Shown: positions 25,161-36,742, numbered from the whole stretch's first letter. The stretch is DNA of 63,051 nucleotides, filler included, from Chrysochromulina tobinii (GCA_001275005.1; 5 parts of 5 records of this genome joined end to end with filler, not necessarily neighbours in it), one strand, 5' to 3'. Numbers and translations: made by a program. The notes: generated from the sequence alone by a model not told the origin.

Positions 25161-25518
25161 GGCTTCGCGGCGACGATTGTCGGAGGAGATTGAAGTCGAC
25201 GAGATCGTCGCTCGACGGGGTTGATGAGGTTATTAATGAGAAACCTTGGTGACGAACGATGTAAACTTGGACGCTTTGGAACAGGTTCAAGTTCAAGTTC
25301 AAGTGGCTTCCGTTAGGTTGTTTATGAAGTAACTTGAACTTGAACTTGGAACAGGAACGGCCTTCCCCTCCCCCGGAATCTCCGCGCCCGCTCAGTCGGC
25401 ATCAATACATGTACCCACACTCGTACTCGAGTCATCAAACGAGTTGAGGTGCTCCGTCTCCTCCTCGTCAAACCGCCTCCGCTCGTCACACGGCTCAAGG
25501 GCTCATACGGTGTCCATC

Positions 25519-28500
25519 TCAGACCATGTCATCGTCGTCGTCGCTGCTCGGCTGCTTCTTCTTCGTTGCCTTGGCGCCTTTGCTCGTGCTGGCGGCGGCA
25601 GCACGCTGACCATTACATGCACGCTGATCCCCCTGACCATTACACGCACGCTGACCCCCCTGGGCTTTGCTGCTGCCGCCGCTGCCGCCGCTGCCGCCGC
25701 TGCCGCCGCTGCCGCCGCTGCCGCCCTGATCGACCTTGCCGCCCTTACTGCTTCCAAGCTTGCCACTAGCGCCCAAGACTGCGCTCACGGCGCCCTTATT
25801 GGAGGCGCTCACGGGCATGCTGAGCGCCGTCTTGGGCATACCAAGCGCCGTCTTGGGCATGCTAAGCGCCGTCTTGGGCGTCGCCTTGAGCGAGCGCCGC
25901 TCCGACGGCTTCGTGTCTCTGCTGCTGCAGCGCGCGTCCTCGTCCTCGTCCTCATCGTCCTCGTCGTCGTCGTCGTCGTCCTGCTGCTCACGCGTGCGTG
26001 TGGCGCCTGCCTTGCCCTTCTTCTTCACAAGACCCTTCGCAAGGCCCTTCACGGTCAGCGGAGCGCCGTCGCGAGCATCCGCGAGCGCCATCGCGAGCGC
26101 CATCGCGTTTAGACGTCCCTTACCCAACTTAGACCCCGGCCGAGTGGTGTACACGTACGTGCCCGTGCCTGCCAGGACAACGAACGCCAGCAGCACCAGC
26201 GTTGGGGCCATCGCCATGCCGCCGCCGCCGCCCGCGTCGCCCGACAGGTCGGGCGCGCCGTCCTGAGCAGAGTGATCGATGAACGGGGGAGGTGGCGCGA
26301 GATCCAGCCGGATCGGTCCAGTTGCATGCGTCGAGGAGGACCCAAATAAGGCATGCGTCGACGAGGTGCCAAATATGGATCCAGTGTCAGTTTCCATATT
26401 TGGGTCGGAGCTTGTGGGTGGCGGCGGGGAGGGCACTTCACCCTCTTCAACCTGCGGCGAGGGCGGCGGCGGGGAGCGGGAGGGCGGCGGGTGTGGCGCT
26501 GAGGGCGACCTCTGCGGCGGAGGCGTGCGCGGCGGCACAGGCGGCTGCATCGCCATCACGCTCGTGCCCGGGAGATCCGCAAGGGCCGCGAGCTTGGCTC
26601 CGTTGGTTCTCGTCCAGTCCTCGAGAAGGATGCCGCCGGTGTCCTCGGAGTCGGGGTTGAGGCAAAAGTAGAAGAGACCCATCCCTCGGCGCTTGATCTG
26701 GCCGAACGCCCAGTCTTGCCATACCTTGTCCTTGCCCGTATACTTGCCCCCCATCTCACCTATAAAGATCATCGCATGGATGGCCATCAGCATGCAATGA
26801 GGGATGCAATCAGCATGCCAATGCCTTGGCACTCATCTCTCACCGATGATGATGGGCTGGCCATCAGCATGCAATGAGGGATGCAATCAGCATGCTAATG
26901 CCTTGGCACTCATCTCTCACCGATGACGATGGGCTGGCCCGTCGCCTGCTGCACAAACGCAAAGTGCTGGTCCCACACCGCCTCCATATTCGAAGGGAAG
27001 GAGCCGTCTTGGAAGTAGGGCTGCATGAAGACGCCCGGTCCGTACGTGTGCGGCGTGTACACGAGCCGCCGCTGGTTTGAGAGCTGCACCGGCGCCACCC
27101 TGTGGGGAGTGGGCGCCGTAGTGAGCACTTGCATGCAGCGCCGCTGGTTCGAGAGCTGTACTGCCCCCCACCCTGCCTCCCCTGCCGCCCTGCCCCCCTA
27201 CTCCCCTTGCCCCCCCGCTCTCCGCGAGATTCTCACCCCACCAAACTCCCTTGGACGCGTCATCAATCATAATCAACGGCAATCACCTGGCCCCTGCGAG
27301 GTTCTCACCCCACCAAACTCCCTTGGACGCGTCATCAAGCCCCGGAGCGCCCGGCTTGTACCTGCGAGGGTGAAACGTACAACCAGACGAAATCTCACGC
27401 AATCTCACGCAATCTCACGCAATCCCACGCAATCAGATGCAATCAGTAGATGCAATCAGCTTGTACCCGACCCCCTCGACCATGATGAGCCAGCGAGGGC
27501 ACTGCGTCAACACATGGTTCCCGATGCGCTCAGCCGCCTTGTTCCAATCCGTCGCCGGGTCCTTTGCCCAGGACGACGCGTGTGGCTCGTTCTGCAGGTC
27601 GACGGCGAAGACGTTCCAGCGGGAGCAGAGAGCACGGGCGATCTTGTCCCAAGACTGCAGCACCTTGGCCTCTGGGATGGCGCTGTCGTACCTGATGAGG
27701 GAGGCCATCGGAGGCACTCAAAGCCCCATCAAAGGCGATCAGCTGCAATCAAACACAATCAATGGCGATCGATCAAAGGCAATCAAAAGCAACCAAAGGA
27801 AAACCAATGCCCTATCCAAGGCAATCGGCTGCAATCATGCGTCCGACGGGATCGCGTTGATCAAGGATCGCGTCGAGGTCCGAGCTAAGGATCGCGCTGT
27901 CCGGGGCACTGTCTACGTACCACTTGCCTCCGCCAGGCCAAGCGGTCGGGTTCAGTCAGTCAGTCAGTTTTCGTCGCGTACCACTTGCCGCCGCCAGGCC
28001 AAGCGGTCGGGTTGAGCCGATGGCACGCGAGCATGACGAGCAGGCCCTTCTGCGCGGCGCGGTCGGCGATCTCGGCAAACATCTCGAGGTACGTCATCCC
28101 AAAGAGCTGTGGGGAAAAGCGCACGTCCACCGTCTCGATCGGCCCGTCGTGCAACGCCGACTCGTGGTTGAACAGCAGCCGCAGGGCGTTGAAGCCATTC
28201 TCGGCGAGGAGGTCGATGTACCAGTCGATTGAATGCTTGTGCAAGCCGGTGGGCGCGCCCGTGCGCCCTTCGCTCCCGTACCAGTTGATGCCCTTGACGT
28301 AAAACTTCTTGCCGTTCGCCCACAGCGCTCCCTCGTGCGCCGAGAAGTCGATCGGCACGCCCGGCGCAGGCGCGGCCGAGTATCCAGCCTGTGTCGATGC
28401 GGCGTAGTCGGCCGCGCCAAAGTCGAGCACCTGGAGGCCACGGGCACCGGCAGTCGATCGCCAGTGCTCGCCGAGCATCATCTTTGTGCCGTTTCCGGCG

Positions 28501-28544
28501 GCCAGCGCCGTCGTCAGTGGCGCGACGAGCGACCACAACGTCAT
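25519..28544 (-). CDS. Glycoside hydrolase family 5 (endoglucanase-like) with signal peptide, Pro-rich linker, C-terminal TM helix and tail; about 5 exons
   Basis: GINWYGSE, FNALRL, AVDLQNEPH (acid/base Glu), VEG, YTPHTYGP, IGEMGG (nucleophile Glu), FCLNPDSEDTGG; TM segment TLVLLAFVVLAGTGTYVY. Confidence 0.9.
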
Positions 28545-28732
28545 GTGAAATAATTGTGAATACTTAGCAGGGCTCCGTCCACAACCCATATTCGGACTCT
28601 CCTTGGCGGGCGCCCCAATTGCATGCGGGCGCTCCAATTGCATGCGCCGGTGTGGAGAACGCACGCTCGGCGAGAGCAGCTGTGAAGGGTTTTTTCACAC
28701 CGGCGGCGCGCTCTTCACGACCCTCGCGCGCC

Positions 28733-30202
28733 ATGGCATCCGTGCGCGCGCTGCTCGAGACGAGCGTGCCGATCTGGAATTACAACTGGACGTGGCTGGC
28801 GCCCCACGGCGAGGCGCGGCAGCTCCGCTTCGTCGTGTCACACGATCGCTCCATTGACGTCATCCTGAACAACCAGCGCGGCGAGGGCTTCGTCAAGCAG
28901 GTCTTCCTCGCCACGCTCGCGGGCTGCTCGGGATCGATGACCGTGCTCGATATAGGCTCGAACACGGGTTATTACTCCATGCTCGCCGCGGCACACGGCT
29001 GCTCGGTCCTTGCGATCGACGCGCAGCCGGGCTGCGCGCAGTGGTTTGAGTGGGCGCGCAACGCCAACCACGCCAACCACAGCCGCGTGGGATCGCAGCA
29101 GTTCAGTGCGCGCTCGGTGCGGATTGTCACACGGCCAGTGAGCAACAGCCGCGCGCCTGTGGAAGTGGACCAATTCTCGTGCTGGGTGATGCACAAGACC
29201 GACATTCGGCTGCGCCGGCGCCGACGACGAGCCGCGGCGGCCGCGGCGGCCGCAGCAGCAGAGGCCGCAGAGGCTGCGGCTGCAGCGCCGCCAGCTGCGG
29301 GCGAGGCGGGCGAGTCGGGCGAGGCGGGCGAGGCGGTGGGGAATGGGAAGGTGGCGGCACACCCGCTTGGCTTCACAGAGCTTGGCGCCCTCTTGTCGTC
29401 AGGGGCTCCGAGCGCCATCGTGAGCACCAGTGGCAGCAGTGGCACCATTGGCAGCAGTGGCACCAGTGGCACCAGTGGCAGCAGTGGCAGCAGCAGCAGC
29501 GGCGGCAGCAGCGGTACCAACGGCGGCGCCCGTGCCGACAGGAGCGAAGGCGCCCACCTCGGCGCCCCACCTGTGCTCCTTGCCAAGGTCGACGTGGAGG
29601 GCGCCGAGTTGGGCGTCCTCGCGGCGATCACCCCTCTGCTGCCTCGCGTGCGCAATCTCCTCGTCGAGATTGCGCCTGGCTGGTGGCCGCTCTACTCGAA
29701 TTCGAGCGCGAAGCGCATCGTGGGCGTGCTGGACCAGAGTCATTCGAGGGCGCGCACCACCACCACCACCACCACCACCACCACCACCACCGGCGGCGGC
29801 GGCGGTGGCCGCAGCGGCGGCGGCGGCGGTGGCCGCAGCGGCGGCGCGGACACGCTCGTGAGGGTCGTAGGGCAACTCAATCGTGTCCACGAGCTGCCGC
29901 TTGCCGAGGCGACCCGAATCCGCTCCGAGGGCGCCGGGTCGATCGCGCAGCTGCTTGCACCCGTCGCCGAGGGTGGCGCGGGCTTTACAGCCGCCCTGAC
30001 AAGCAATGGGCGGGCTTTCTTTGGAGCGGAGCCCATGCGCGACTTTCTGATCCATATGGGGAGTAACGGCTACTGGCATCAGGTCGACGTGTGGTTCTCG
30101 CGCGACGCGCCGGCGCTCCGGCGCGCCCGCCGCCTCGTCTGCCTGCGCCAGCAAAAGTATCGCAACGAGAAGGCGGCGCGCCGAATGTGTGACGTTGCCT
30201 AA
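28733..30202 (+). CDS. FkbM-family SAM-dependent methyltransferase with low-complexity inserts
   Basis: VLDIGSNTGYYS and LAKVDVEGAELGVL motifs; ATG at 28733. Confidence 0.85.
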   Translation: MASVRALLETSVPIWNYNWTWLAPHGEARQLRFVVSHDRSIDVILNNQRGEGFVKQVFLATLAGCSGSMTVLDIGSNTGYYSMLAAAHGCSVLAIDAQPGCAQWFEWARNANHANHSRVGSQQFSARSVRIVTRPVSNSRAPVEVDQFSCWVMHKTDIRLRRRRRRAAAAAAAAAAEAAEAAAAAPPAAGEAGESGEAGEAVGNGKVAAHPLGFTELGALLSSGAPSAIVSTSGSSGTIGSSGTSGTSGSSGSSSSGGSSGTNGGARADRSEGAHLGAPPVLLAKVDVEGAELGVLAAITPLLPRVRNLLVEIAPGWWPLYSNSSAKRIVGVLDQSHSRARTTTTTTTTTTTTGGGGGGRSGGGGGGRSGGADTLVRVVGQLNRVHELPLAEATRIRSEGAGSIAQLLAPVAEGGAGFTAALTSNGRAFFGAEPMRDFLIHMGSNGYWHQVDVWFSRDAPALRRARRLVCLRQQKYRNEKAARRMCDVA

Positions 30203-30268
30203 TATGGAGAAGGCGGCGCGCCGAATGTGTGACGTTGCCTAATATGGAGAAGGCGGCGCGCCGAATTT
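30167..30268. repeat. 40-nt tandem duplication of the stop-codon region (2.5 copies)
   Basis: gagaaggcggcgcgccgaatgtgtgacgttgcctaatatg repeated. Confidence 0.85.
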
Positions 30269-30594
30269 ATGACGCCCCGGCGGTCGATGTCAGATGAGAC
30301 TAGAGACCTTACACTCGAGGCCCCTGTGCGCTGCCGACACTGCGGACTCCAGCGCGCGCACGCCACACGGGGTCGTGCATATTAATCACGCGCGCCTTGC
30401 TCACTTGCGTCTGGCCATGCGGTGCAGTGGTGCGGTGTGCGACGCGCGGCGCCGGATGTGGCGTGGTATTACAGCGTACTACGCAGCGTGTATCCGAAGG
30501 TTGTTTCTGCGTCAGATTTGTCTTCTCGCCGGGCGAGTTAATCAAGGGCGGTTGGGCCGGGGTGAAGGTTTGGTGAAGGTAGCCACGGCGAGAC

Positions 30595-31083
30595 TTGACC
30601 CATAGGGGAGGGTATTCTTTCTGGATTCACACACTATCCCCACCACCTGATTTTGAACTCAGTGGTTGACCCAAAGGGGTAGGGGAGGGTATTCTTTCTG
30701 GATTCACACACTATCCCCACCACGGCACCAGCACCACCTGATTTTGAACTCAGTGGTTGACCCAAAGGGGTAGGGGAGGGTATTCTTATTTCTTTCTGGA
30801 TTCACACACTATCCCCACCACCTGATGATTTTGAACTCAGTGGTTGACCCAAAGGGGTAGGGGAGGGTATTCTTTCTGGATTCACACACTATCCCCACCA
30901 GCACCACCTGATTTTGAACTCAGTGGTTGACCCAAAGGGGTAGGGGAGGGTATTCTTTCTGGATTCACACACTATCCCCACCACCTGATGATTTTGAACT
31001 CAGTGGTTGACCCAAAGGGGTAGGGGAGGGTATTCTTTCTGGATTCACACACTATCCCCACCACCTGATTTTGAACTCAGTGG
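30595..31083. repeat. Minisatellite, six copies of a 77-bp unit
   Basis: ttgacccaaaggggtaggggagggtattctttctggattcacacactatccccaccacctgattttgaactcagtgg; copies differ only by short indels. Confidence 0.95.
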
Positions 31084-31429
31084 AGTTAGGAACCAGAGCG
31101 CGCAGGGCGCGCTCCCACCACCAGCCGGAGGGTACGGTGGGGAGCGCCCACCCCAAGGGGGGGGGACGGGCACGACCAGAGTCTTGATAGAGTACATTTA
31201 CCTAGTCCCGTCCTACTGTCGTTCACATTAGATTGACCACGATTCCTAACGGTTATTCAGAACTAACCGCGCGTACCGACTCGGAATGTGCACCGCCGCC
31301 GGCCTCACAGGCTCCAGCTGCTTGACGGGGTGCTTGCACTTGAACTGCTTGCCCACCATGTCGCAGAGCTCCAGGATGTTCGTCGTTGGGAAGTCGGGCG
31401 GTTCACAGCTTGGCGTGCGCTTGAGCCAC

Positions 31430-31985
31430 TCAGAGCTCCAAGTGGGAAGGATCGCGTCCTCGCCAAGCGTCTCGGAGGGCTTGCTTGGCTTGCTCATCGA
31501 GGCCATTGTTGTCGAGTCTGCGCACACAGAGAGAGGGCAGAGGGGCATCGTCGTCAGATGGCAAGGAGCGGTGGTGAGTGTCCGATGGCAGGATATGCAA
31601 GGAAGGAGCAAAGAGCAGTGGTGAGCAACCGATGGCAGGATGCAAGGAAGGAGTGCTCAGGGATTTTGGTGCAGGGATTTTGGCCCAAAAGTCCCTCCAG
31701 TTTGAGGCGAAACGTACCTCATTTTGGTCAGCCCGCCTGTGACGGCCGCCATGGCGGCAACAGACTTTGCTCCCACAGGACCGATGCTGTTGGCGCCCAT
31801 GTTGAGTGACGCAAGCTTGGTCTCCTTGTTGTTCTGGATGGCCTCGCAGACTGCGCTTACGCCATCATCATTGAGGTCGTTGAAGGACAAATCCAGGGCC
31901 GTCAGCGCGCCTGTGACAGCCACCATAGCCGCCACAGCGTTTGCTCCAACTGGATGGATGCCGTTGTTCCCGAAGTTGAGCGACG
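31430..31985 (-). CDS. 3' part of an RNI-like (NLRC3-type) LRR protein; exons 31985-31718 and 31517-31430
   Basis: LNFGNNGIHPVGANAVAAMVAVTGALTALDLSFNDL...LNMGANSIGPVGAKSVA. A GT-AG intron restores KMR|LDNNGL...DAWRGRDPSHLEL*. Confidence 0.8.
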
Positions 31986-32085
31986 NNNNNNNNNNNNNNN
32001 NNNNNNNNNNNNNNNNNNNNNNNNNNNNNTTAATTAATTAANNNNNNNNNNNNNNNNNNNNNNNNNNNNNNNNNNNNNNNNNNNN
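31986..32085. other. Artificial contig linker
   Basis: N44-TTAATTAATTAA-N44. Confidence 0.98.
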
Positions 32086-32107
32086 GTTGTCTGTCTAGAA
32101 CACCCTT

Positions 32108-32168
32108 TGCGCACTCCGCGTGCGACGTCTAAGGTTACTCACCACTACTCAAGTAGTCACTCTTTCCC
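32108..32168. repeat. 61-bp dispersed repeat, copy 1 (copy 2 at 52969-53029)
   Basis: tgcgcactccgcgtgcgacgtctaaggttactcac(c/t)actactcaagtagtcactctttccc, 60/61 identical. Confidence 0.9.
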
Positions 32169-32281
32169 GCGCGCCTGAATACAATCTGTGTGTCTGTGAG
32201 TGTCAGGTTTCGGACTCGACGAGCTGGGTCAGTGTACAGTGCATGCGCATGCGCGCGCGTCGTATCCTCTTCGACCCAAAA

Positions 32282-33382
32282 ATGGGTGCGAATTTTTCAT
32301 GCTTGACTATGCGCAAGGCCGATGGCCAAGCTGATTTTATCACTGCGATGCCCGAGATAACCTTTCTGGCCGCTCTGGAGGGGGAGGTGGCGGAGATGGA
32401 GGAGCCGGCGAGGGTGGAGGAGGAGGCGAGAGCGGCAGAAATGGTGGCAAGGGGAAGGGAAGCGAGCATGTCGGCGGCAGAACCGGCAGTGCGGTTGACA
32501 GGCTGCACACAGGGATGTTTTGACGCGGATGCGGCTTCTGCCTACATCGAATTTCTTGGCCACATTGAACGCAGCTTCTTTGTCTACGTCTTCCCTGAGG
32601 AGCCGCCCACTGTCCCCGAGCCATCGACCAAGCAGCCGGCAGAATGGCCGTGGTGGTGGGAGCCCGGCGAGCTCGCTATCGACGGTAGCCTAGAGCTCAT
32701 TCTCGATCCGCTCGCCTCTTTCCTCGAGCAGAATGGCTTCCAAGTCGACGAGGAGAGAGTTGCGGACCACAAGACGCCCTTCATGCCGCTCTTCTTTGGG
32801 TCCAAATGGAACAGCCCGCTCAAGACGGCGCTCATCGGCTTCCTCAAGAAAAGCGAGGGCTCAAGCCCTGTCATCGGATGCAACCTCTCGGGCATGAGCC
32901 CGATCGTAGGCGTGCGCGACCCTCGATACGACTCGACCCCTGGCATTGCCAAGGAGCTGGTCGATGAGGTCGCCTTTGAGGCGCAGCACGGCTGCAAGCC
33001 GCGCACTTGTGCGGAGTGGGGCGAGGTGTGGGCTGATCACGAGAGGCACGCGGCCCTGCGCAAGGTGGCCAAGGAGAAGGAGGCGAAGGAGGAGGCAGCC
33101 GCCATACATGTATCTTCTGACGCCACAGTTGTCATTCGCTCGGGCGGTGATGGCAAGAGCGACGTCCGCCTGCCGTTAAGCACGGGCACCGTCAGGACCG
33201 ACGAATTGGTGACTGCGCTGCAGACGTTCCTCAAGAACAATGGCGCGGACGACCTCGAAATCACGCATCGGATGGGCCTCAACGGCGACGTGCTCTTCGG
33301 CGTGTGTGACAACGACCCGACGATCATGGCGCTTCAGGGCTTCCTCAACCGGCAGATGCTACCTAGGATGATGCCATTCTAA
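32282..33382 (+). CDS. Hypothetical protein
   Basis: Long ORF with normal codon usage; likely start MGANFSC (possible myristoylation); no family recognised. Confidence 0.65.
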   Translation: MGANFSCLTMRKADGQADFITAMPEITFLAALEGEVAEMEEPARVEEEARAAEMVARGREASMSAAEPAVRLTGCTQGCFDADAASAYIEFLGHIERSFFVYVFPEEPPTVPEPSTKQPAEWPWWWEPGELAIDGSLELILDPLASFLEQNGFQVDEERVADHKTPFMPLFFGSKWNSPLKTALIGFLKKSEGSSPVIGCNLSGMSPIVGVRDPRYDSTPGIAKELVDEVAFEAQHGCKPRTCAEWGEVWADHERHAALRKVAKEKEAKEEAAAIHVSSDATVVIRSGGDGKSDVRLPLSTGTVRTDELVTALQTFLKNNGADDLEITHRMGLNGDVLFGVCDNDPTIMALQGFLNRQMLPRMMPF

Positions 33383-33524
33383 TATGAGTGAGAAGTCGTG
33401 TAGACTGTCTGACCGGGCGCATGCTGGCGGTGCGGGGTACAGAGACTGATGATTGTCGGGACCTCGGCGACGTAATTCAGCTGCGTAATTAGGACTTCGC
33501 GCATAGATTCCCCTCTCTCTCGCA

Positions 33525-35063
33525 ATGGCCGATGATGCCGACGCCATTGCCAATCAGCTCGTGAAGAAAATCCCGTCAACGATCTCGCAAGACTCCCTTC
33601 GATTCGCTACAACCGATGTCTCGCCGCCGTCATCGCCAATGGCCGCATACCCTGCGAGTGGCCCTCCGCCGCCTCCCCTGCGTATCCGTGGCGACTCCTA
33701 CGCACAAGGACTTTCGGAGCTCGATCGGGTCAAGGACGGAGACAACCATGAAGGCATGATGGCCGCTGTTGCTTTGAGCTATCCGCCGCCACCGCACCAC
33801 CACGGGCCGATTGTGCTCGTCTCCTCCTACTCTGACTTCTCGGATCTTGCGCACGGGCCCCGTGGCGTGCCCGCCAACCGTGCGCTCCGCACGTACCGTC
33901 TTGACACGGTCGAGGGCACGCTCACGCTCCTCTCCATGACGAAGACCGGCTTCGTGCACAACCCTGCCTTCAGCCGTCGTCACCCGACTTTGCCGATCAT
34001 CTACGCGTGCACGGAGTCCGTCAAGATGGATGGCCAAGTGATTTCCCTTGCGATCAATCTCAAGACCGGCGCCATGTCTGAGCACTGCCCGCCCGTGAGC
34101 GCCCGCGGCACGTCCACCTGCTACCTGACGATCCACAAGCACGCGCGGCGTATGCTTCTCGTCAATTACTGGGACAGTACCATCGGCACGCTCGAGTTGC
34201 TTCCCGACGGGCGCATCGGACGCTACCTGGCCACTTACGACCCCAAGGGAGGCAAGCCGATGAAGGCGCGCGCCGATAAGCACGTGAATCACTCGCTCAA
34301 CGACGAGAATGCGCAAAAGGAGCGCCAGGGCGACCCGCACTCGCACGCGATCGTCCTCGAGCCCACGACCGGTACGATCGCGTACGTTCCTGACCTCGGG
34401 ATGGACATTATCCGGCAGTTCCTCTTCGACGAAGAGTCAGGCAACGTCATCCCGTGCGGCGAGATCCCGAGTGGCGTCAAGGCGAGCCGTCGCGGCCTCG
34501 GCCCGCGCTACATGATGTTCGCCAAGGACATTCCGACGTGCTACGTCGTCAACGAACTTAGTTCACAGATTGCCGTCTTCTCATTCCATCCTGACGTGGC
34601 GATCCGCCTCGCCAAGGCGTGGGCCGATGCGCCCACGCCCGAAGAGAAGACGAAAGCTCTTGCGGCTCTGCAGCAGCCCACGCTCACCCTCGTCCAGACC
34701 GTGTCCACGGTGCCCGAGGACTTCCCCTTCGACATGAACACGTGCGGCCGGGTCACCATCCACCCGACGGGCGACTTCGTCATCACCAGCAATCGCGGCC
34801 ACGACTCGGTGTCAGTGCACCGCATCCACCGCGACTCGACGCCGCCCGGCATGCTCACGCTCGCGGGCATCTTCCACACGCGCGGAGAGACGCCCCGCCA
34901 CTTCCAGTTCGACAAGAGTGGCCAGTTTCTCCTGGTGGCCAATCAAGACTCGGGCTCAGTGGCCGTCTTCGCCTTCAACGTCTCCACGGGCCGCATCTCG
35001 TACACAGGCAACTCGTACTCGTGCCCGTCCCCGAACTTCGTCTGCGTCTGGGATGGTGCGTGA
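33525..35063 (+). CDS. pgl: 6-phosphogluconolactonase-like lactonase, 7-bladed beta-propeller (YbhE/Pgl family), with N-terminal extension
   Basis: NPAF, CYL, VNYWDS, PHSHAI, VPDLGMD, GPRY, VNELSS, SNRGHDS, GETPRHF, LVANQDS. Confidence 0.88.
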   Translation: MADDADAIANQLVKKIPSTISQDSLRFATTDVSPPSSPMAAYPASGPPPPPLRIRGDSYAQGLSELDRVKDGDNHEGMMAAVALSYPPPPHHHGPIVLVSSYSDFSDLAHGPRGVPANRALRTYRLDTVEGTLTLLSMTKTGFVHNPAFSRRHPTLPIIYACTESVKMDGQVISLAINLKTGAMSEHCPPVSARGTSTCYLTIHKHARRMLLVNYWDSTIGTLELLPDGRIGRYLATYDPKGGKPMKARADKHVNHSLNDENAQKERQGDPHSHAIVLEPTTGTIAYVPDLGMDIIRQFLFDEESGNVIPCGEIPSGVKASRRGLGPRYMMFAKDIPTCYVVNELSSQIAVFSFHPDVAIRLAKAWADAPTPEEKTKALAALQQPTLTLVQTVSTVPEDFPFDMNTCGRVTIHPTGDFVITSNRGHDSVSVHRIHRDSTPPGMLTLAGIFHTRGETPRHFQFDKSGQFLLVANQDSGSVAVFAFNVSTGRISYTGNSYSCPSPNFVCVWDGA

Positions 35064-35758
35064 GCCGCGCCGAGGGTGCGCGTCCTCCTGCACGATTCGA
35101 GGGGTGGGGGACAAAGTCCATGGCCTGCGAGGGTGTGCTCGCTTGCGGAGACGAGCGGCGACGCGACGACGCGAGGGCCCATGGAGGGCCTTGCAGATGC
35201 AAGCGCGCTGCTAGCTGATTCATTTCAATTTGTGCTACGTTGTACATGCATGTAGGCTACTAGAAGTGCTACGACGTAGTCATGTGGGAAGGGGTTGGAG
35301 GGGGGGGCGGCGGGTCACACGTGCACGGGAGTCATGTGTAATATGGTCGGGCGTCGGGGGCCCGGGGAGGCGATCTCGGATCGTATGACGTAGGCAGCAA
35401 TACACAATAGAGAATGCCATGGTGAATGCGTGCCCGGTCAAGCCGGTAACGCGCGTCGGGTAGTCTCGGGCTCTCGCGTACCGGGTTCTTGATCGCCGTG
35501 GCGCGGTAATTATAACGAATAACCAAATGTACGCGTACCGACCTCAAAACATCCGAAACAACCCACCGGGCGATCGAGAACGCCACGTAGTAGCTAGTAC
35601 GCGCATGAGTACACGCTAACGCGCCTTGGCGTTGGGCGGAATTCTATCGTGAATCACGAACCAGCTAAATACAGAGTCTCAACAGACTGAGGTCATACCA
35701 GGGAGTGATACACAGCGGGTCTCGGTTGTAGCTTACACACTTTAGCACACTCCTGCTC

Positions 35759-36742
35759 TCAACGGCTACGAAGCCGCTCAACTATTCCCGGGACGTGCTG
35801 CGCACCCACGACAGCCACGACGATCGGGTAGCCAACCACGGTGGCATCCTCGCCTCGGCCGAGCTCGTCTCGGAGTGCGCGAAGCCGCCTTGCCATCACC
35901 TCATCGGGCGTGGCGACGCGCCGGGCATACTCACGCGGCAGCATCTCGAGCATCGCCTGGTTCAAGGCGGCCACACCGACAGCGTCGCAACTGCGCTCGT
36001 CAAAACCCGGGCACAGCGCGTGGACGCGCAGCCAGCCTGCAAACAAGGCGAGCCTCCGACGCGCCGAGCGCACCACGCTGCTGTGCGTTTCGACGCTCGT
36101 ACCGGGGGCGGGCTCCTCCATCCACTTGGCACCCGGCTGGAGGCACACCACGCGGCAGCCTGCGTCGGCAGCTGCCTGTGCCGCAGCTGCCATCTCGCTG
36201 CCCCACAGCACGCCATCGCTCCGCAAGTAGCGCACCACCTCGGGCTGAAGTCCCACTTGCGAGGGCGAGCTGAGCTCTGCACGGCCGCGGGCTCGGGCCA
36301 TGTCGCGGACAGCTTCCGATTCGAAAAGTGCCTGGCGCACACGGCCTATGTGGAAGAGTGCGTCCTTGCGGATCTGCTCAGCCTCCAAGCCCTGCAGCGC
36401 CCTCGCAGCTGCCTTTCGCACCTCGAGCGTGTTCGCATCGCACTCCAACGCAACCGCTGCAGCACTGGAGCAGCGTGCGATGGTAGCGATCGCCGCCTGT
36501 GCCGAAGCCACCTCGACGTGTGAGATGCCGCACAGGTACACGCCGTTACTGACCACCTCGAAGCTTGGCACTCGTGGCCGCCGTGGAGCGCATGCCCCCG
36601 CGATGCCAGAGGGCAGCAAGGACACAACCGTAAGACCCGAGACGGGATACTCCTCGTCACCCGGTGGCACGAGTGCGAGAGCTGCAGTGGCCGCGGCCGC
36701 AGTCGCGAATGATCGACGCACGAGGGAGGCGCGCGCGCGCAT
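35759..36742 (-). CDS. TraB/PrgY (TIKI-superfamily) domain protein, possibly mitochondrial
   Basis: VYLCGISHV, VALEC, GSEM, DEVMA, VAVVGAQHVPGI; Arg-rich N-terminus MRARASLVRRSFATA. Confidence 0.75.
   Translation of the reverse strand: MRARASLVRRSFATAAAATAALALVPPGDEEYPVSGLTVVSLLPSGIAGACAPRRPRVPSFEVVSNGVYLCGISHVEVASAQAAIATIARCSSAAAVALECDANTLEVRKAAARALQGLEAEQIRKDALFHIGRVRQALFESEAVRDMARARGRAELSSPSQVGLQPEVVRYLRSDGVLWGSEMAAAAQAAADAGCRVVCLQPGAKWMEEPAPGTSVETHSSVVRSARRRLALFAGWLRVHALCPGFDERSCDAVGVAALNQAMLEMLPREYARRVATPDEVMARRLRALRDELGRGEDATVVGYPIVVAVVGAQHVPGIVERLRSR

Noticed and set aside
30595..31083. CRISPR array
   Set aside because: Units are contiguous near-identical 77-mers with no unique spacers, there are no cas genes, and the context is eukaryotic
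32090..32125. Helitron 3' end (hairpin plus CTAG on the minus strand)
   Set aside because: CTAG is not followed by T, and the second copy of the repeat lacks CTRR at that position
33525..35063. Recent bacterial HGT of the lactonase
   Set aside because: The family is also found in eukaryotes and codon usage matches the neighbours; needs a phylogeny
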